A stretch of 64,000 nt of DNA from Patescibacteria group bacterium. Lineage in GTDB: Bacteria > Patescibacteriota > Patescibacteriia > UBA10025 > JAHIVO01. Of this stretch, positions 9,091 through 18,654 are shown piece after piece (position 1 is the first letter of the stretch; each line of letters starts with the position of its first letter). The notes under the pieces were generated by a model. That model ran no database searches. It had not been told where the DNA came from and saw only the letters and a list, made by a program, of their open reading frames with translations. The stretch spans positions 257,776 through 321,775 of the forward strand of contig JAQULM010000002.1 in assembly GCA_028718605.1 (NCBI GenBank). The letters are read 5' to 3'. The translations under genes were made by a program, and so were the position numbers.

Positions 9091-10488
9091 ATGGCATACG
9101 AAGAAGAAAGCCGGCGGCAGTTTATTGTCGATCCGGCACACGTACGAAGGTCAAGTTTTGGCTTGCACCCTCGTTTCCACAAGACATTCGCTCGGGCGAT
9201 GCGCGATGGCCGGCGGCTCCCCGTAGAAAAATGGGAAGCGCGCTATCAGCAGCCTATCGCAGCATACCGTGATCCACGGCATCCGTTTGTCTGCGTCCTG
9301 CCGCGTTCTGCGTTCTGCCAGTACGTCGACGACTGCGGCGACTGCATCGGTGGCACGCAAAGTCTGTGGTTCAGCTCCACGGACTTCTACGTCGATATGA
9401 GCGATAAACCGGGTGCGGTATTCGCCCAATTTCACCATCCGCTTTTCGAACGCTTATGGAGCGTATCAGAGCTCCAGTTCCTTGTCCCGCCTTATCCGAC
9501 CGACAAGGAAGATGGTGAACTAGTATTTATCACCCCTCCGTTCTCGCACTCTCGCGGTGAGCACTGCTTGCTCGCCGCTGCTATCGCGGAGGTGCTGCTG
9601 GCGCGGGCCGGATTTTCGACTGAGGAACGGGCGGCATTTGTCCTGGCTATGGGCTACCATGACATCGCCATGCCGGCTGGCGGCGATTCGGTCAAACGAG
9701 TATCCCCGGACGAGCTCGATGAGGAAAAAAACTTTGCCTCACTACTCGAACAAACCGGGCTCGCGGCTGCCTGGAAACAGCAATTCGGCTTCAGCCTGGA
9801 CGCAGCGGCTGCCTGGGTGCGCAATGAGGGAATGCTTGGCCTGCTGCTGGATATCATTGACAAGATATCCTACGTCTCCATGGACTGTTACTCACACGGG
9901 CTATTGTTCAATGGAAATGTGCGGAAGCACTGTTCCCGTCATCCGTTGTTTCTCGATGTGTGGCGGGACATCAGGTTCACCCCGGACCGGCAGCGCTTCG
10001 CCTTCCTCTATCCGGACCGGCTCTTCGACTTCCTTCTGGCGCGTGCGTACGAGTACCAGGAGTTGCTTTTCAACCCAGCTGCCCGGTTCCTCGACTTCCA
10101 CTTGACGAACCTCGTCCGCCCGCTGTACGAAACGGGGAGAATAACCAAAGACCAGCTGCTCAGCTGGTCGGACGGCCAGCTCGAGTGCTGCCTTGAGGCT
10201 CACTATGGGGAAGCGGCGGTTCACCTCTCCGTCATCAATGCTGCTAACTACCAATGGCAGCGGTTTGATACGCAGGAAGAACTGATTGACTTCTGGGGGA
10301 CGCTCGGCAAATCGTTCGATCATGTTGAAACGATTTCAGGATTCAACCCCAATCTTGAATGGCCGGTCTATGCCGCCAACGGCACCGACATCGTTCCTGC
10401 CCGCGAACGCCTTACGCCAGCTCAAATCAGCGAGCTGGAAACTATTGTCAAGGCAACGCGCGGCAACTTTATCTACTGGCACACTTAA
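9091..10488 (+). CDS. HD-domain phosphohydrolase family protein.
   Basis: H...HD metal-binding signature (HSRGEHCLLAAAIAE ... AMGYHDIAM). A promoter-like TTGACA-17-TACTAT lies at about 9000-9028. Confidence 0.5.
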   Translation: MAYEEESRRQFIVDPAHVRRSSFGLHPRFHKTFARAMRDGRRLPVEKWEARYQQPIAAYRDPRHPFVCVLPRSAFCQYVDDCGDCIGGTQSLWFSSTDFYVDMSDKPGAVFAQFHHPLFERLWSVSELQFLVPPYPTDKEDGELVFITPPFSHSRGEHCLLAAAIAEVLLARAGFSTEERAAFVLAMGYHDIAMPAGGDSVKRVSPDELDEEKNFASLLEQTGLAAAWKQQFGFSLDAAAAWVRNEGMLGLLLDIIDKISYVSMDCYSHGLLFNGNVRKHCSRHPLFLDVWRDIRFTPDRQRFAFLYPDRLFDFLLARAYEYQELLFNPAARFLDFHLTNLVRPLYETGRITKDQLLSWSDGQLECCLEAHYGEAAVHLSVINAANYQWQRFDTQEELIDFWGTLGKSFDHVETISGFNPNLEWPVYAANGTDIVPARERLTPAQISELETIVKATRGNFIYWHT

Positions 10489-10530
10489 AACCCCTTGACC
10501 AGCTTGCTGCCAAGTTGTGAAAGGGGTTTT
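10487..10530 (+). terminator. Intrinsic terminator after the HD-domain gene.
   Basis: AAAACCCCTT...AAGGGGTTTT stem directly after the TAA stop, followed by a T-run. Confidence 0.6.
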
Positions 10531-10547
10531 ATATTACGCATTTCCGG

Positions 10548-10576
10548 TTGACAAACGCCCTTTTTTGCGCTATAAT
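10548..10576 (+). promoter_or_regulatory. Consensus sigma70-type promoter: TTGACA, 17-bp spacer, TATAAT.
   Basis: Perfect -35 (10548-10553) and -10 (10571-10576) hexamers. Followed by an A-rich initial transcribed region. A near-identical module is at 61250-61278. Confidence 0.6.
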
Positions 10577-10582
10577 GGTAGT

Positions 10583-10695
10583 AGAAAATAAAAAGCAAAA
10601 GCAAAAAAAGGCTCTTTTGCATCAGGGGACAATCACTTACTCTCGATCCGTCACGCGCATGGCGGCCGGAAGCAAGTGATTGTCCCCGTTTTTTT
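10583..10695 (+). ncRNA. Candidate small RNA (~110 nt) between a consensus promoter and an intrinsic terminator.
   Basis: TSS predicted ~7 nt after the -10. The A-rich 5' part is followed by a 16-bp stem (GGGGACAATCACTTAC...GCAAGTGATTGTCCCC, 10625-10687) and a T7 run. No plausible CDS: the only ATG overlaps the -10 and there is no SD. Confidence 0.3.
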
Positions 10696-10710
10696 GCATA
10701 TAAAAGAAAC

Positions 10711-10737
10711 GGGCGCCGACGACTAGCATCGGTGCCC
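10711..10737 (-). terminator. Intrinsic terminator for the minus-strand gene ending at 10786.
   Basis: GGGCACCGATGCTAGTCGTCGGCGCCC hairpin followed on the minus strand by GTTTCTTTTAT. Confidence 0.5.
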
Positions 10738-10785
10738 GTAATTGTCTTGATAAGGCAGCAAAACATCCAGCATTGAACGAGTCGA

Positions 10786-11271
10786 TTACGCGATACTCAT
10801 CTGTATCGCCAGTGAGACGTGCAGCGCGAAATGACTAGTGCATGCCGCAATGCCAACATCCGACCGGGATAATGAATTGGCAACGTCCAGAACCGCATCA
10901 ATCGTTGATTCAAGCGTTGCTACCGTCAGCGTCGGAACATGCTGCGACACCACCATGCCGCAGGGAAGATAGTTGTCCTGGACATCATTGACCGCTGCAT
11001 GATAGGCAATCGCCATCATGCCTACCTCGAGCAGAAGCTGTTCCCTTCTCGGATCCCGGAAGCCTACTCGGTCAAACACTGAGCTGAGATTGGAAAGTCC
11101 CAGATTCAATGCCGTACCGAATTCTTCAATGAGTGAATTCCCGCCGAATGCGCCTCCGATCGCAGTACTCAGTTCGGTAGCTGGTGCCTCCGCACACTTC
11201 CTTGACATCCGGCCGCATAGAATATTGACGAGTTGGCTGCCAGATAGATTTACCTCATTGGTACAATCCAT
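10786..11271 (-). CDS. Hypothetical protein, 161 aa.
   Basis: ORF with reasonable codon usage and no recognised domain. Last gene of the sigma/anti-sigma/beta-propeller co-directional cluster. Confidence 0.4.
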   Translation of the reverse strand: MDCTNEVNLSGSQLVNILCGRMSRKCAEAPATELSTAIGGAFGGNSLIEEFGTALNLGLSNLSSVFDRVGFRDPRREQLLLEVGMMAIAYHAAVNDVQDNYLPCGMVVSQHVPTLTVATLESTIDAVLDVANSLSRSDVGIAACTSHFALHVSLAIQMSIA

Positions 11272-11451
11272 GTACTCTCCTTCCTGCGCTCCACGCAGGG
11301 ATATGAAAGGTTGATATGGTTAAGGACAATTTTTATGTCGGTTTACTATAACTGCGCAGTATACCGAAAAAAAAGATGCCTGTCAAGCCGCGCATTGGGG
11401 GAACGCAAAAACGCCGGCCTTACAAAGACTGGCGTTTCTGTTTTTAATGAG

Positions 11452-13932
11452 TTACTCAGTTTTAATTATCGTGTAGTCAGTGCCCGAATCTCCCGGCGCG
11501 AGCTTCAGCGACTTCACCTCATCCAACGTGTCGAGGCTGTGCGCCTTGAGGTACTTGTCCGAAAGCGTATATAGCACTGAATCGATGTACAAGCTGCGCT
11601 TCACGCTCGTACCGTAGTACGAGTAGCCCCAGTAGTACTTCGAATCCGAATCGTCCGCAGACCCATCCGAATGGTCGATCTGCTTGCGCAGCTCAAACCC
11701 CGTCGGTGTCACCTTGAACACCATGGCGCCATTGGTGTACGTCCGTTCGTACGACCCGGCGACGAGCTCCTTGCTCAGCGTCACCGGCACGACGAGGAGG
11801 TTCTTTTCTTTATCAAAGAGGAATGCCTTGTGGTCATTGAGTGCAATCGAATCGCTGCCGGCGTCGCCCATCTCGTACGTGTCGACCTCTTTCATGTTTG
11901 CAACATCAGCTACATCATAAAGCGACAGTTTCAATCCCTGCACTTGTCCGCTCTCGGTCGCCTGTTTGCCGAGGCCGATGAGCAGCGTGTCGCTGTACGG
12001 ATGCAGGTATGACGAGAAACCAGGCACCTTGAGCTCGCCGAGGAGCTTCGGATTCTTCGGATCCTGGAGGTCGATCGCGAATAGGGGGTCGGTCTGTCGG
12101 AACGTCACGAGGTACACACGGTTCTGCATGAACCGCGCTGAGTAAATCTGCTCGCCTTTCGCAAGTTCTTCAACCGAACCAACGACTTTTAGATTTTTAT
12201 CAAGCACATACACATTGCTGTACGAATCACTGTCCGAGCCGACAGTGGCGACGTCTTCTGCCATAACCATGCTCGACAACCAGCTCCTGCCTTTGGTCGT
12301 CGCGATGCGGAAATAATCGCCGCTCTCATCCATGGAAAACTGGTTCAGCACATGGCCGGTCACTTCCCCACTACCTTTATACTCAAGTTCGCCGTCCTTC
12401 AGCGCAATCTTATGTATCACGGTTTTTTCAAGCTCTTTCGAAATATCCTCATACACTTGCTTCACTTTTGCGCTGATCTGTTCCTGCAATGCGGTCTGTT
12501 CGTCGTCTGACAGCTGCTCAAGATACCTGCTCAATATTGTGTAAATTTTCATGACCTTCTCTTCCTGCGACAGGATGCGGTCTGAAACCGCTTCGATCTC
12601 CCTGATCCGCGCCTGTTCCCGCTCGCTCACTTTCTGCATGAGAACATCCCGGGACGCCTGCCACATCAGCTGGTATTCGCTCACGTACTTCGTATAGACG
12701 AGGTACATGTTCTCGAGTGATACGTACATGTTCTCGCTCGATCCGGTCAAATACAGCTCCTTTGAAACTGCCGAATCCTTATCGGTGATGTCAACTGCAC
12801 TGACGCTCGTGTACACGTAGTTATCGTACGGCGCATCGATATAGTAAATGTCCGGCAAGCTTTCCGTAGCGGTCGTGTCGATGTTCGCCGGAGACACTTT
12901 GCCGCCGTCAATCATGAGCGGAATCGGATACTCGTCAGTCACGTACATCGTCGGCTCTGCTGTCACCAGATACACATAGTCGCCAATCATCCGGGAATTG
13001 ACAAAGCTGCCCTCGAACGTGAGGTCGCGCACCTGCTCAGGATTCGCCGGGTCGGAGACGTCGAATACCTTCAGATACGTATACGAAGATTGCGGCCGTA
13101 TGTCTTCAAAAAATGGTTTTTCTGATATATTCGATTCGGTACCGTATATCACCAGGTTGTCGCCATTGATGTACAAATTGGTCGGAACCGAATCAAGGAC
13201 GATTGTCGAAATGATCTTCGCGTCGCCGGCGGGATATGCTTTGATGACAAACACACTCGTTTCTGAAACTGTATAAACATACTCGCCGTCTGTTTTTACA
13301 ATATCAGCCTCATCCACGCCTTCAACTTGCACATTCGTCCTCGAATAGTCTTCTGACCCACTGCTTTTCTGCGGTGCGCTCAGGTCAGCCGTGCCGAGGC
13401 CGAATGTCGTACCCATATCCTCCTCAACCATGATATCAGACGTAAACGCACGAGTACCGCCATAATAACTGGAATATGAGCTCGGCTCATGATCAACAAG
13501 GAACGATCGGACCTGATCGAGATTTTCGAACTTGCCGATCGTTGACTGTGCGGCGAGCTGTGCCGACAGCGAACGTATATCAGTGCTGCCCGTCGTGATC
13601 CGGTTGCTGTTGTATCCCGATACCAGCGCATTTGAATTCCCGTTCGCGTTTCCTTCCCATGGGAATCCGTACTGGAATCCGGCATAGACAAGCGCGGCGC
13701 ACACGACAACCGCGATCGCTCCCCCGACGAGCCAGGCCTTCCCTGAGGACGGCGTGGCATCGGGAACGAGCCGTCTTGCCTGGTGAATGTCCTCAGTGCG
13801 GTTCGTAATAATCGTTGCGTCAACCTGCTGTTTCGTCCAACCGCTCTTCATGAGATAGTCCCGGATCTCAGCATCGCTCCGCCCTTGGGCCCGTGCGGCG
13901 TCGATCCACTGCTCAATGTCTTTGCGAATCAT
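11452..13932 (-). CDS. Membrane-anchored beta-propeller domain protein: N-terminal cytoplasmic helix, one TM segment, extracytoplasmic propeller-like repeats.
   Basis: TM segment WLVGGAIAVVVCAALVYAGF. The repeated beta-strand-rich blocks (e.g. YVYTVSETSVFVIKAYPAGD, NLVIYGTE, YVYLVTAEP) resemble the secreted 'Beta_propel' family. Confidence 0.5.
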   Translation of the reverse strand: MIRKDIEQWIDAARAQGRSDAEIRDYLMKSGWTKQQVDATIITNRTEDIHQARRLVPDATPSSGKAWLVGGAIAVVVCAALVYAGFQYGFPWEGNANGNSNALVSGYNSNRITTGSTDIRSLSAQLAAQSTIGKFENLDQVRSFLVDHEPSSYSSYYGGTRAFTSDIMVEEDMGTTFGLGTADLSAPQKSSGSEDYSRTNVQVEGVDEADIVKTDGEYVYTVSETSVFVIKAYPAGDAKIISTIVLDSVPTNLYINGDNLVIYGTESNISEKPFFEDIRPQSSYTYLKVFDVSDPANPEQVRDLTFEGSFVNSRMIGDYVYLVTAEPTMYVTDEYPIPLMIDGGKVSPANIDTTATESLPDIYYIDAPYDNYVYTSVSAVDITDKDSAVSKELYLTGSSENMYVSLENMYLVYTKYVSEYQLMWQASRDVLMQKVSEREQARIREIEAVSDRILSQEEKVMKIYTILSRYLEQLSDDEQTALQEQISAKVKQVYEDISKELEKTVIHKIALKDGELEYKGSGEVTGHVLNQFSMDESGDYFRIATTKGRSWLSSMVMAEDVATVGSDSDSYSNVYVLDKNLKVVGSVEELAKGEQIYSARFMQNRVYLVTFRQTDPLFAIDLQDPKNPKLLGELKVPGFSSYLHPYSDTLLIGLGKQATESGQVQGLKLSLYDVADVANMKEVDTYEMGDAGSDSIALNDHKAFLFDKEKNLLVVPVTLSKELVAGSYERTYTNGAMVFKVTPTGFELRKQIDHSDGSADDSDSKYYWGYSYYGTSVKRSLYIDSVLYTLSDKYLKAHSLDTLDEVKSLKLAPGDSGTDYTIIKTE

Positions 13933-14195
13933 ATTGTTTCTATTGGTTAATAATTCTGACGGCCTCTCTCAGTATACGCTTTAAAAAATAAAAAGTGAAC
14001 GAATTCAGCACTGCTCCGGCGAAGGCGCCACGCCGGAGCAACCGTTCTTCTCGGAACCCTTACCGACCCGTACGGAATGCGCAGCGACCGCCTTTACGCC
14101 GTTATAGTATATAACGAACGAAGCGCTCCTCAGTAACGCGGAAGGGAAGCGGCGTATGCCGCTTCCCTTGTCTTGTGGCAAATGGAAAATAAAAG

Positions 14196-15737
14196 TTACT
14201 CCGCCCTCACGGGTGCATCAACGCCTGGCTCAACATCAGGCTCTGTCTGGAGAACAGGCACACCGCCTCCCTGGTCAGCGCTCTCAAGCGTATCCTTGAT
14301 AATCGGCACTACAACGCGTTCGCGGTAGAGAGTGCCATCGTCCGGCGCTTTCGTTACCGGAAATATAAATGCTGGCACGAGAAGCTCCTGGTACGTGCTC
14401 TCATTATAGTTGGTGGCGATAGTATACCCAATCGTCGGGCTCCCGAGCTCGATTTCAATGACATTTTCGGCCATGCTATCGCGGTATTCGAAGAGCCCGC
14501 CACGGTCGGCGACGGCGAGGATTTTCGAAACATCCTGTTCAGTATCATATGTGGAGCTGTCATACTGCTGACTGTACAGGCCGGTCACGCTTGAAACCTT
14601 TATGTCACGGAGATTGATCTCCACCGCGAGGCCGTTTACGTTGCCGTACAGGTCGTACACCCCCTTGCCATTAACCATGAGCGGATAGGTGACCGAGATA
14701 ACGTCCGGGATATAAATGGCGGTGTCATTGGGCCGCACCATATACTCCTGCTTCCATTGCGCGGACACGAATGGGTCGCCGTACGCTGTGGCATTGATCC
14801 CGTGTTCTGCGATAAAATCATCGGCAATTTCAATTAACTCCGCATCGGCGGGCACATCAGACTGCGTGAGCTCTGGCATGTCTGCGCACATGCCGGTTGA
14901 GCACCCAATCACTGCTGATGATTTCCACGTCGACCAACCCCGGCTGATCGTGACGCCCCCATCGATCGGGCTCACCATGACGACGTACCTATCGTCATCC
15001 GACTGGGTCAGGATAAAACTCTGGAGTGTGCTGTCTGAAAACGATGAAAGGTTGATCAGGCCAAGGTTTGTTTTCTCAAACGCACTCGGCGACACTGATT
15101 CGGGCACCCGCTTGAGGACCGGGAGCTGTTTCCCCGGCACCGACAGCGCCGCGCCTTGATACACGTACCGGTAGCTCGTCATCGTCGGCATTGGCGCTAC
15201 TCCCGGTTCGGTTCCTACGCTGTCAGATGCATATCTGCCGATGCCATACCCCGTACCGGCAGCATCCCGTTCCGCTGCCACCGCTGTGTCGGATGATTCC
15301 TCCGTATTGCTCTTCGCGGTCTGCGCGGTAAGCACGCCAAATGCATTGCTGCCAACTGCCTTAACCTCTGTATTCATGCGCTTCGTGCCATCAGCTGTAG
15401 TGTTACCAGCAGGCGTCCCGATATCATCACGGAAAAACACCACCATGACAACCGCAACAATAGCCGCACCTGCGAGTGCATATCCGAGGTTGCGGAAACG
15501 AAACCAGCGTGTGCCGGCAATGCCGCGCGCGTCTTCCTTATCGATCGGCCGAAACTGCTGCGCGTGGGCGAGCAACTGTGCCCGCAATTGTGCGCGGAAT
15601 GATTCATCGATCGTCGGCTGCGGCCGCGCTGCAGTAAATTTCGCGATAAGCTGCCGTAGTTTCACCTCGTGCTGCTGCAAACCCGGATCAATCTGGTAGA
15701 GTTCTTGCAATATTGATTGAATGTCCTTTTCGTTCAT
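14196..15737 (-). CDS. Putative anti-sigma factor: cytoplasmic N-terminal helix, single TM, large extracytoplasmic domain.
   Basis: 4-nt ATGA overlap with the upstream ECF sigma gene. TM segment YALAGAAIVAVVMVVFF at about aa 85-101. Topology typical of ECF anti-sigma factors. Confidence 0.5.
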   Translation of the reverse strand: MNEKDIQSILQELYQIDPGLQQHEVKLRQLIAKFTAARPQPTIDESFRAQLRAQLLAHAQQFRPIDKEDARGIAGTRWFRFRNLGYALAGAAIVAVVMVVFFRDDIGTPAGNTTADGTKRMNTEVKAVGSNAFGVLTAQTAKSNTEESSDTAVAAERDAAGTGYGIGRYASDSVGTEPGVAPMPTMTSYRYVYQGAALSVPGKQLPVLKRVPESVSPSAFEKTNLGLINLSSFSDSTLQSFILTQSDDDRYVVMVSPIDGGVTISRGWSTWKSSAVIGCSTGMCADMPELTQSDVPADAELIEIADDFIAEHGINATAYGDPFVSAQWKQEYMVRPNDTAIYIPDVISVTYPLMVNGKGVYDLYGNVNGLAVEINLRDIKVSSVTGLYSQQYDSSTYDTEQDVSKILAVADRGGLFEYRDSMAENVIEIELGSPTIGYTIATNYNESTYQELLVPAFIFPVTKAPDDGTLYRERVVVPIIKDTLESADQGGGVPVLQTEPDVEPGVDAPVRAE

Positions 15738-16303
15738 AGGTTACTGTTGTTAGTGATTAATATGATTCCAAGAGCCAGAAAAAATGCCATGTCCGCCCGC
15801 AATGCGTGGATTGCACGGGATACGATCATCTTGCAGCTTCCCGCGCTCCGTCCGACGATGTTCGAGATTGCGTCATACGGCAGGTCGTCCCAGAAACGCA
15901 TGATGAGGATCTCGCGCTGTTCCGGCTTGAGTTTTAGCAGGTACCCGTGCACGCGTTCCAGATTCGCCCGGACATCCATGTCCGATTCGATATCTTCATG
16001 CGACGACAATCCCCACACGCTTTCGATATCCTCCGTCGGGTGCTGTGTCCGGTAAAAATCAATGACGGTATTCCTGGCAATGCGGTAGAGCCACGAGCTG
16101 AACGTTCCCCGCGACGGATCAAACGAAGCAATGTGCTCAAGCGCTTTAAAAAATACTTCGGACACCAGATCCTCGGCAGTTTCACGGTGTGTCGTGCGGT
16201 AGTATACGAAATTGTAAATTTTCTGCAGGTACAGGTCGTAGAGCACGGCGAAATGCTCCACGTCGCCTTTCCGGCAATATTCAAGCGCTTGCTGTTCGGT
16301 CAT
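15734..16303 (-). CDS. RNA polymerase ECF-type sigma-70 factor.
   Basis: Region 2 (LVSEVFFKALE, WLYRIARNTVIDFYR) and region 4 (ILIMRFWDDLPYDAISNIVGRSAGSCKMIVSRA) motifs. Confidence 0.8.
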   Translation of the reverse strand: MTEQQALEYCRKGDVEHFAVLYDLYLQKIYNFVYYRTTHRETAEDLVSEVFFKALEHIASFDPSRGTFSSWLYRIARNTVIDFYRTQHPTEDIESVWGLSSHEDIESDMDVRANLERVHGYLLKLKPEQREILIMRFWDDLPYDAISNIVGRSAGSCKMIVSRAIHALRADMAFFLALGIILITNNSNL

Positions 16304-16410
16304 AGGGGTATGGGTTCCTACTATGCTCTACGAATGGGTCGAGTAAAAGGTAACAACGCCTGCCTGAGCGGGGGTTGCTACGCTAAAACTCAAAGCCCTC
16401 GTGTCGATTC

Positions 16411-17016
16411 TCAGGCTGGCGTCCCTGGCACTCCGCCGAGGTTCCGGATTTTCTGATAGAGCTCTGCGGTTGCTCGCTCATATGCTTGGCGTGGACATTC
16501 CTCCACAGCTGGCGGCGGCATGATAGGCTCGCCGATAGTAATCGTAACTGAACGGAACCGCCCGAAATGTAACGAAGTATTCGTTACTGGCCATATTGCG
16601 CCGGTACCGCTGATGTGGACCGGTACAATCGGGGTTTGTGCTCGATGCGAAATGACGGCAACCCCCGTACGGAGCCGTTCGGTGCGGAACCGCGGGTGAA
16701 CGTCGCCTTCCGGGAACAAACATATGGTTTTCCCGCGCTCACACTCCTGTATACAACGATCGACGGCTGTACCGCCGTTATTTGGAACGGACTCGCCGAT
16801 AAAATACACAAAAAAGCGAGGCAATAATCTCTTCTGGAGCCGCGCTTCGGCAACAAACGAGATGCGCCGCCTAAATGCCCATACCAAGACAAGCGCGTCG
16901 AGCGTACTCTCATGGTTCGCCGCGATAATGCACGGTCCGGCGGGGATGTTTTCTTTTCCAACAACGCTCCGCAGATACGGAGCAAACAGCGCATACCAAT
17001 GCCAGGGGGTCTTCAT
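16411..17016 (-). CDS. plsC: 1-acyl-sn-glycerol-3-phosphate acyltransferase family.
   Basis: Acyltransferase HX4D motif (AANHESTLD) and a FPEG-like block (CLFPEGDV). Confidence 0.7.
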   Translation of the reverse strand: MKTPWHWYALFAPYLRSVVGKENIPAGPCIIAANHESTLDALVLVWAFRRRISFVAEARLQKRLLPRFFVYFIGESVPNNGGTAVDRCIQECERGKTICLFPEGDVHPRFRTERLRTGVAVISHRAQTPIVPVHISGTGAIWPVTNTSLHFGRFRSVTITIGEPIMPPPAVEECPRQAYERATAELYQKIRNLGGVPGTPA

Positions 17017-17198
17017 GAGGAAAGGTTATTTTAAAAATAATACGTACATCATAGCAGATTGGCGCTCCTGCGGTCTACAGCGGGCCTACAAAAAGGAAGC
17101 CCCTGCGCAATCGGCACAGAAGCGCCAGCAAGGGCAGATCGAGCCAGAAATAGCGCCCCGTATCAAGAATGCTGTGCTATTAAAAGTTATGCCGTACA

Positions 17199-18323
17199 TT
17201 AATTACCGCTCGCTGGCCGAAAGGTGATTTCCACGATCTCCGACCGGGTTCCGGTGCGCAGCGGCGGACCCCACGTACCGACGCCGGTTGACGTATAGGA
17301 GTTGAATGTACCGTCCTGGTGCCAGCCAACATCGTATTCACGGTACATTGCTTTTGTGATGAATCCAAATGGCCACATCTGGCCTTTGTGTGTATGCCCG
17401 GAGATCACCAAATTAACACCCCGTGACTTTATCTGTTCCATGATATCCCGCCGCGGTTCGTGGTATAGCACGATGCTCGGTTTATCCGGTTCAAGTTTCT
17501 GAAGCGCCGGACCAGCGTCGTGCTTTTTGCCGGGCAGCGGGTAGTCGATGCCGAGCACCTGGACGCCGTCAATATCCGCGACTTCATCACGCAGTATCGT
17601 GAATGGGGACTCCTTAAGCGCCGCAAACACGGTGTCGAGGCCGACGTACGTTTCATGATTGCCGATAATATAGTAGGATCCGAGCGACGCCTCCAAATCT
17701 TTGAATGGCGCAATCAATAAACCGAGCTGCTTCCCCGCGCCGTCATACACATCGCCAGTAACAAATACGATGTCGGGCTTCAGGCTGTTCACGCGATTGA
17801 TTACCTTCCGCGCAAACTTGATATGGTGGATCGCGCCGAGATGCACATCAGACAGCTGCACCGCCGTCCTGCCGTCCCAGGAAGCGGGAAGATTCGGGAT
17901 GGTAACGGTAATCCTTGTAATGCGGGGGGTTTGGGCGCTCCAAAAGCCGTATGCGGAATATCCGAGTGAAATGATGAGCAAGGCGATGGCAAATGGTGTC
18001 GCATTGAACCTGACGTGGAATGCATTGGCAACGCCAACCGCAATCCACACAACGATCGTCGCGAGCATAATATTCCAGACAATGCCGAGCCAGGACGACG
18101 CGATAAAATACAGGTTCGATGTAAAAAAATTCTCCCGCCAGTGCACAAGGCCCATCGTTGCCATGAAACTAAGACTCAACACGAGCAACGTGATTAAAAT
18201 CACCCGCTGAACGGGCTTGTTCGTAATATTCAAAAACGACGTCCAGGAAGAATAGAGGACAAGGTGCCCGCCGACAAGCATGATGATTACGAGAGCTATA
18301 AAAACAATAATCATGGTTTTCAT
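17199..18323 (-). CDS. Membrane-anchored metallophosphoesterase (calcineurin-like).
   Basis: N-terminal TM helices, then GDVYDG, GNHE and GHTH phosphoesterase motifs. The second ATG (MKTM...) has an AAGGA SD, so 18323 is preferred over 18338. Confidence 0.7.
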   Translation of the reverse strand: MKTMIIVFIALVIIMLVGGHLVLYSSWTSFLNITNKPVQRVILITLLVLSLSFMATMGLVHWRENFFTSNLYFIASSWLGIVWNIMLATIVVWIAVGVANAFHVRFNATPFAIALLIISLGYSAYGFWSAQTPRITRITVTIPNLPASWDGRTAVQLSDVHLGAIHHIKFARKVINRVNSLKPDIVFVTGDVYDGAGKQLGLLIAPFKDLEASLGSYYIIGNHETYVGLDTVFAALKESPFTILRDEVADIDGVQVLGIDYPLPGKKHDAGPALQKLEPDKPSIVLYHEPRRDIMEQIKSRGVNLVISGHTHKGQMWPFGFITKAMYREYDVGWHQDGTFNSYTSTGVGTWGPPLRTGTRSEIVEITFRPASGN

Positions 18324-18654
18324 ATGTCCTTGCCTCATAGTATATTCTACGGCAGGAGAAAATGGAAATCGCAGAAATAATGAAGGCCCCCGTTACATGC
18401 GGAGGCCTGTCAGGCGTCCCAGTTAGGCAGATGTGCGCGATTTCCGCCACCGTGCAAGCACAAATGGCATCATAATCCATGCCAGGGGGACGACAATCAT
18501 CACAATGATCAGCAAGATTTTTTTCTTTCGTGTCACGAACCCTCCGCGATTGAACCATTCCCTGCATCAATCACCACACAGTAGCCGATAGATGCTTGTT
18601 TGTCAACAAAAAAGCTGGCAAGAATTCAGATACGCTGGTTTATGGCAATCCACC

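Noticed and set aside
10485-10766. 93-aa minus-strand ORF across the candidate sRNA locus.
   Set aside because: It runs through two intrinsic terminators and a consensus promoter. The translation is low-complexity (LFLLLLFIFYYHY). It is most likely non-coding.
15241-16055. Plus-strand ORFs 15241-15699, 15717-16055 and 15947-16456 opposite the sigma/anti-sigma genes.
   Set aside because: They are antisense to well-supported genes with clear ECF sigma motifs. Their Arg/Ser/Cys-rich translations indicate shadow frames.
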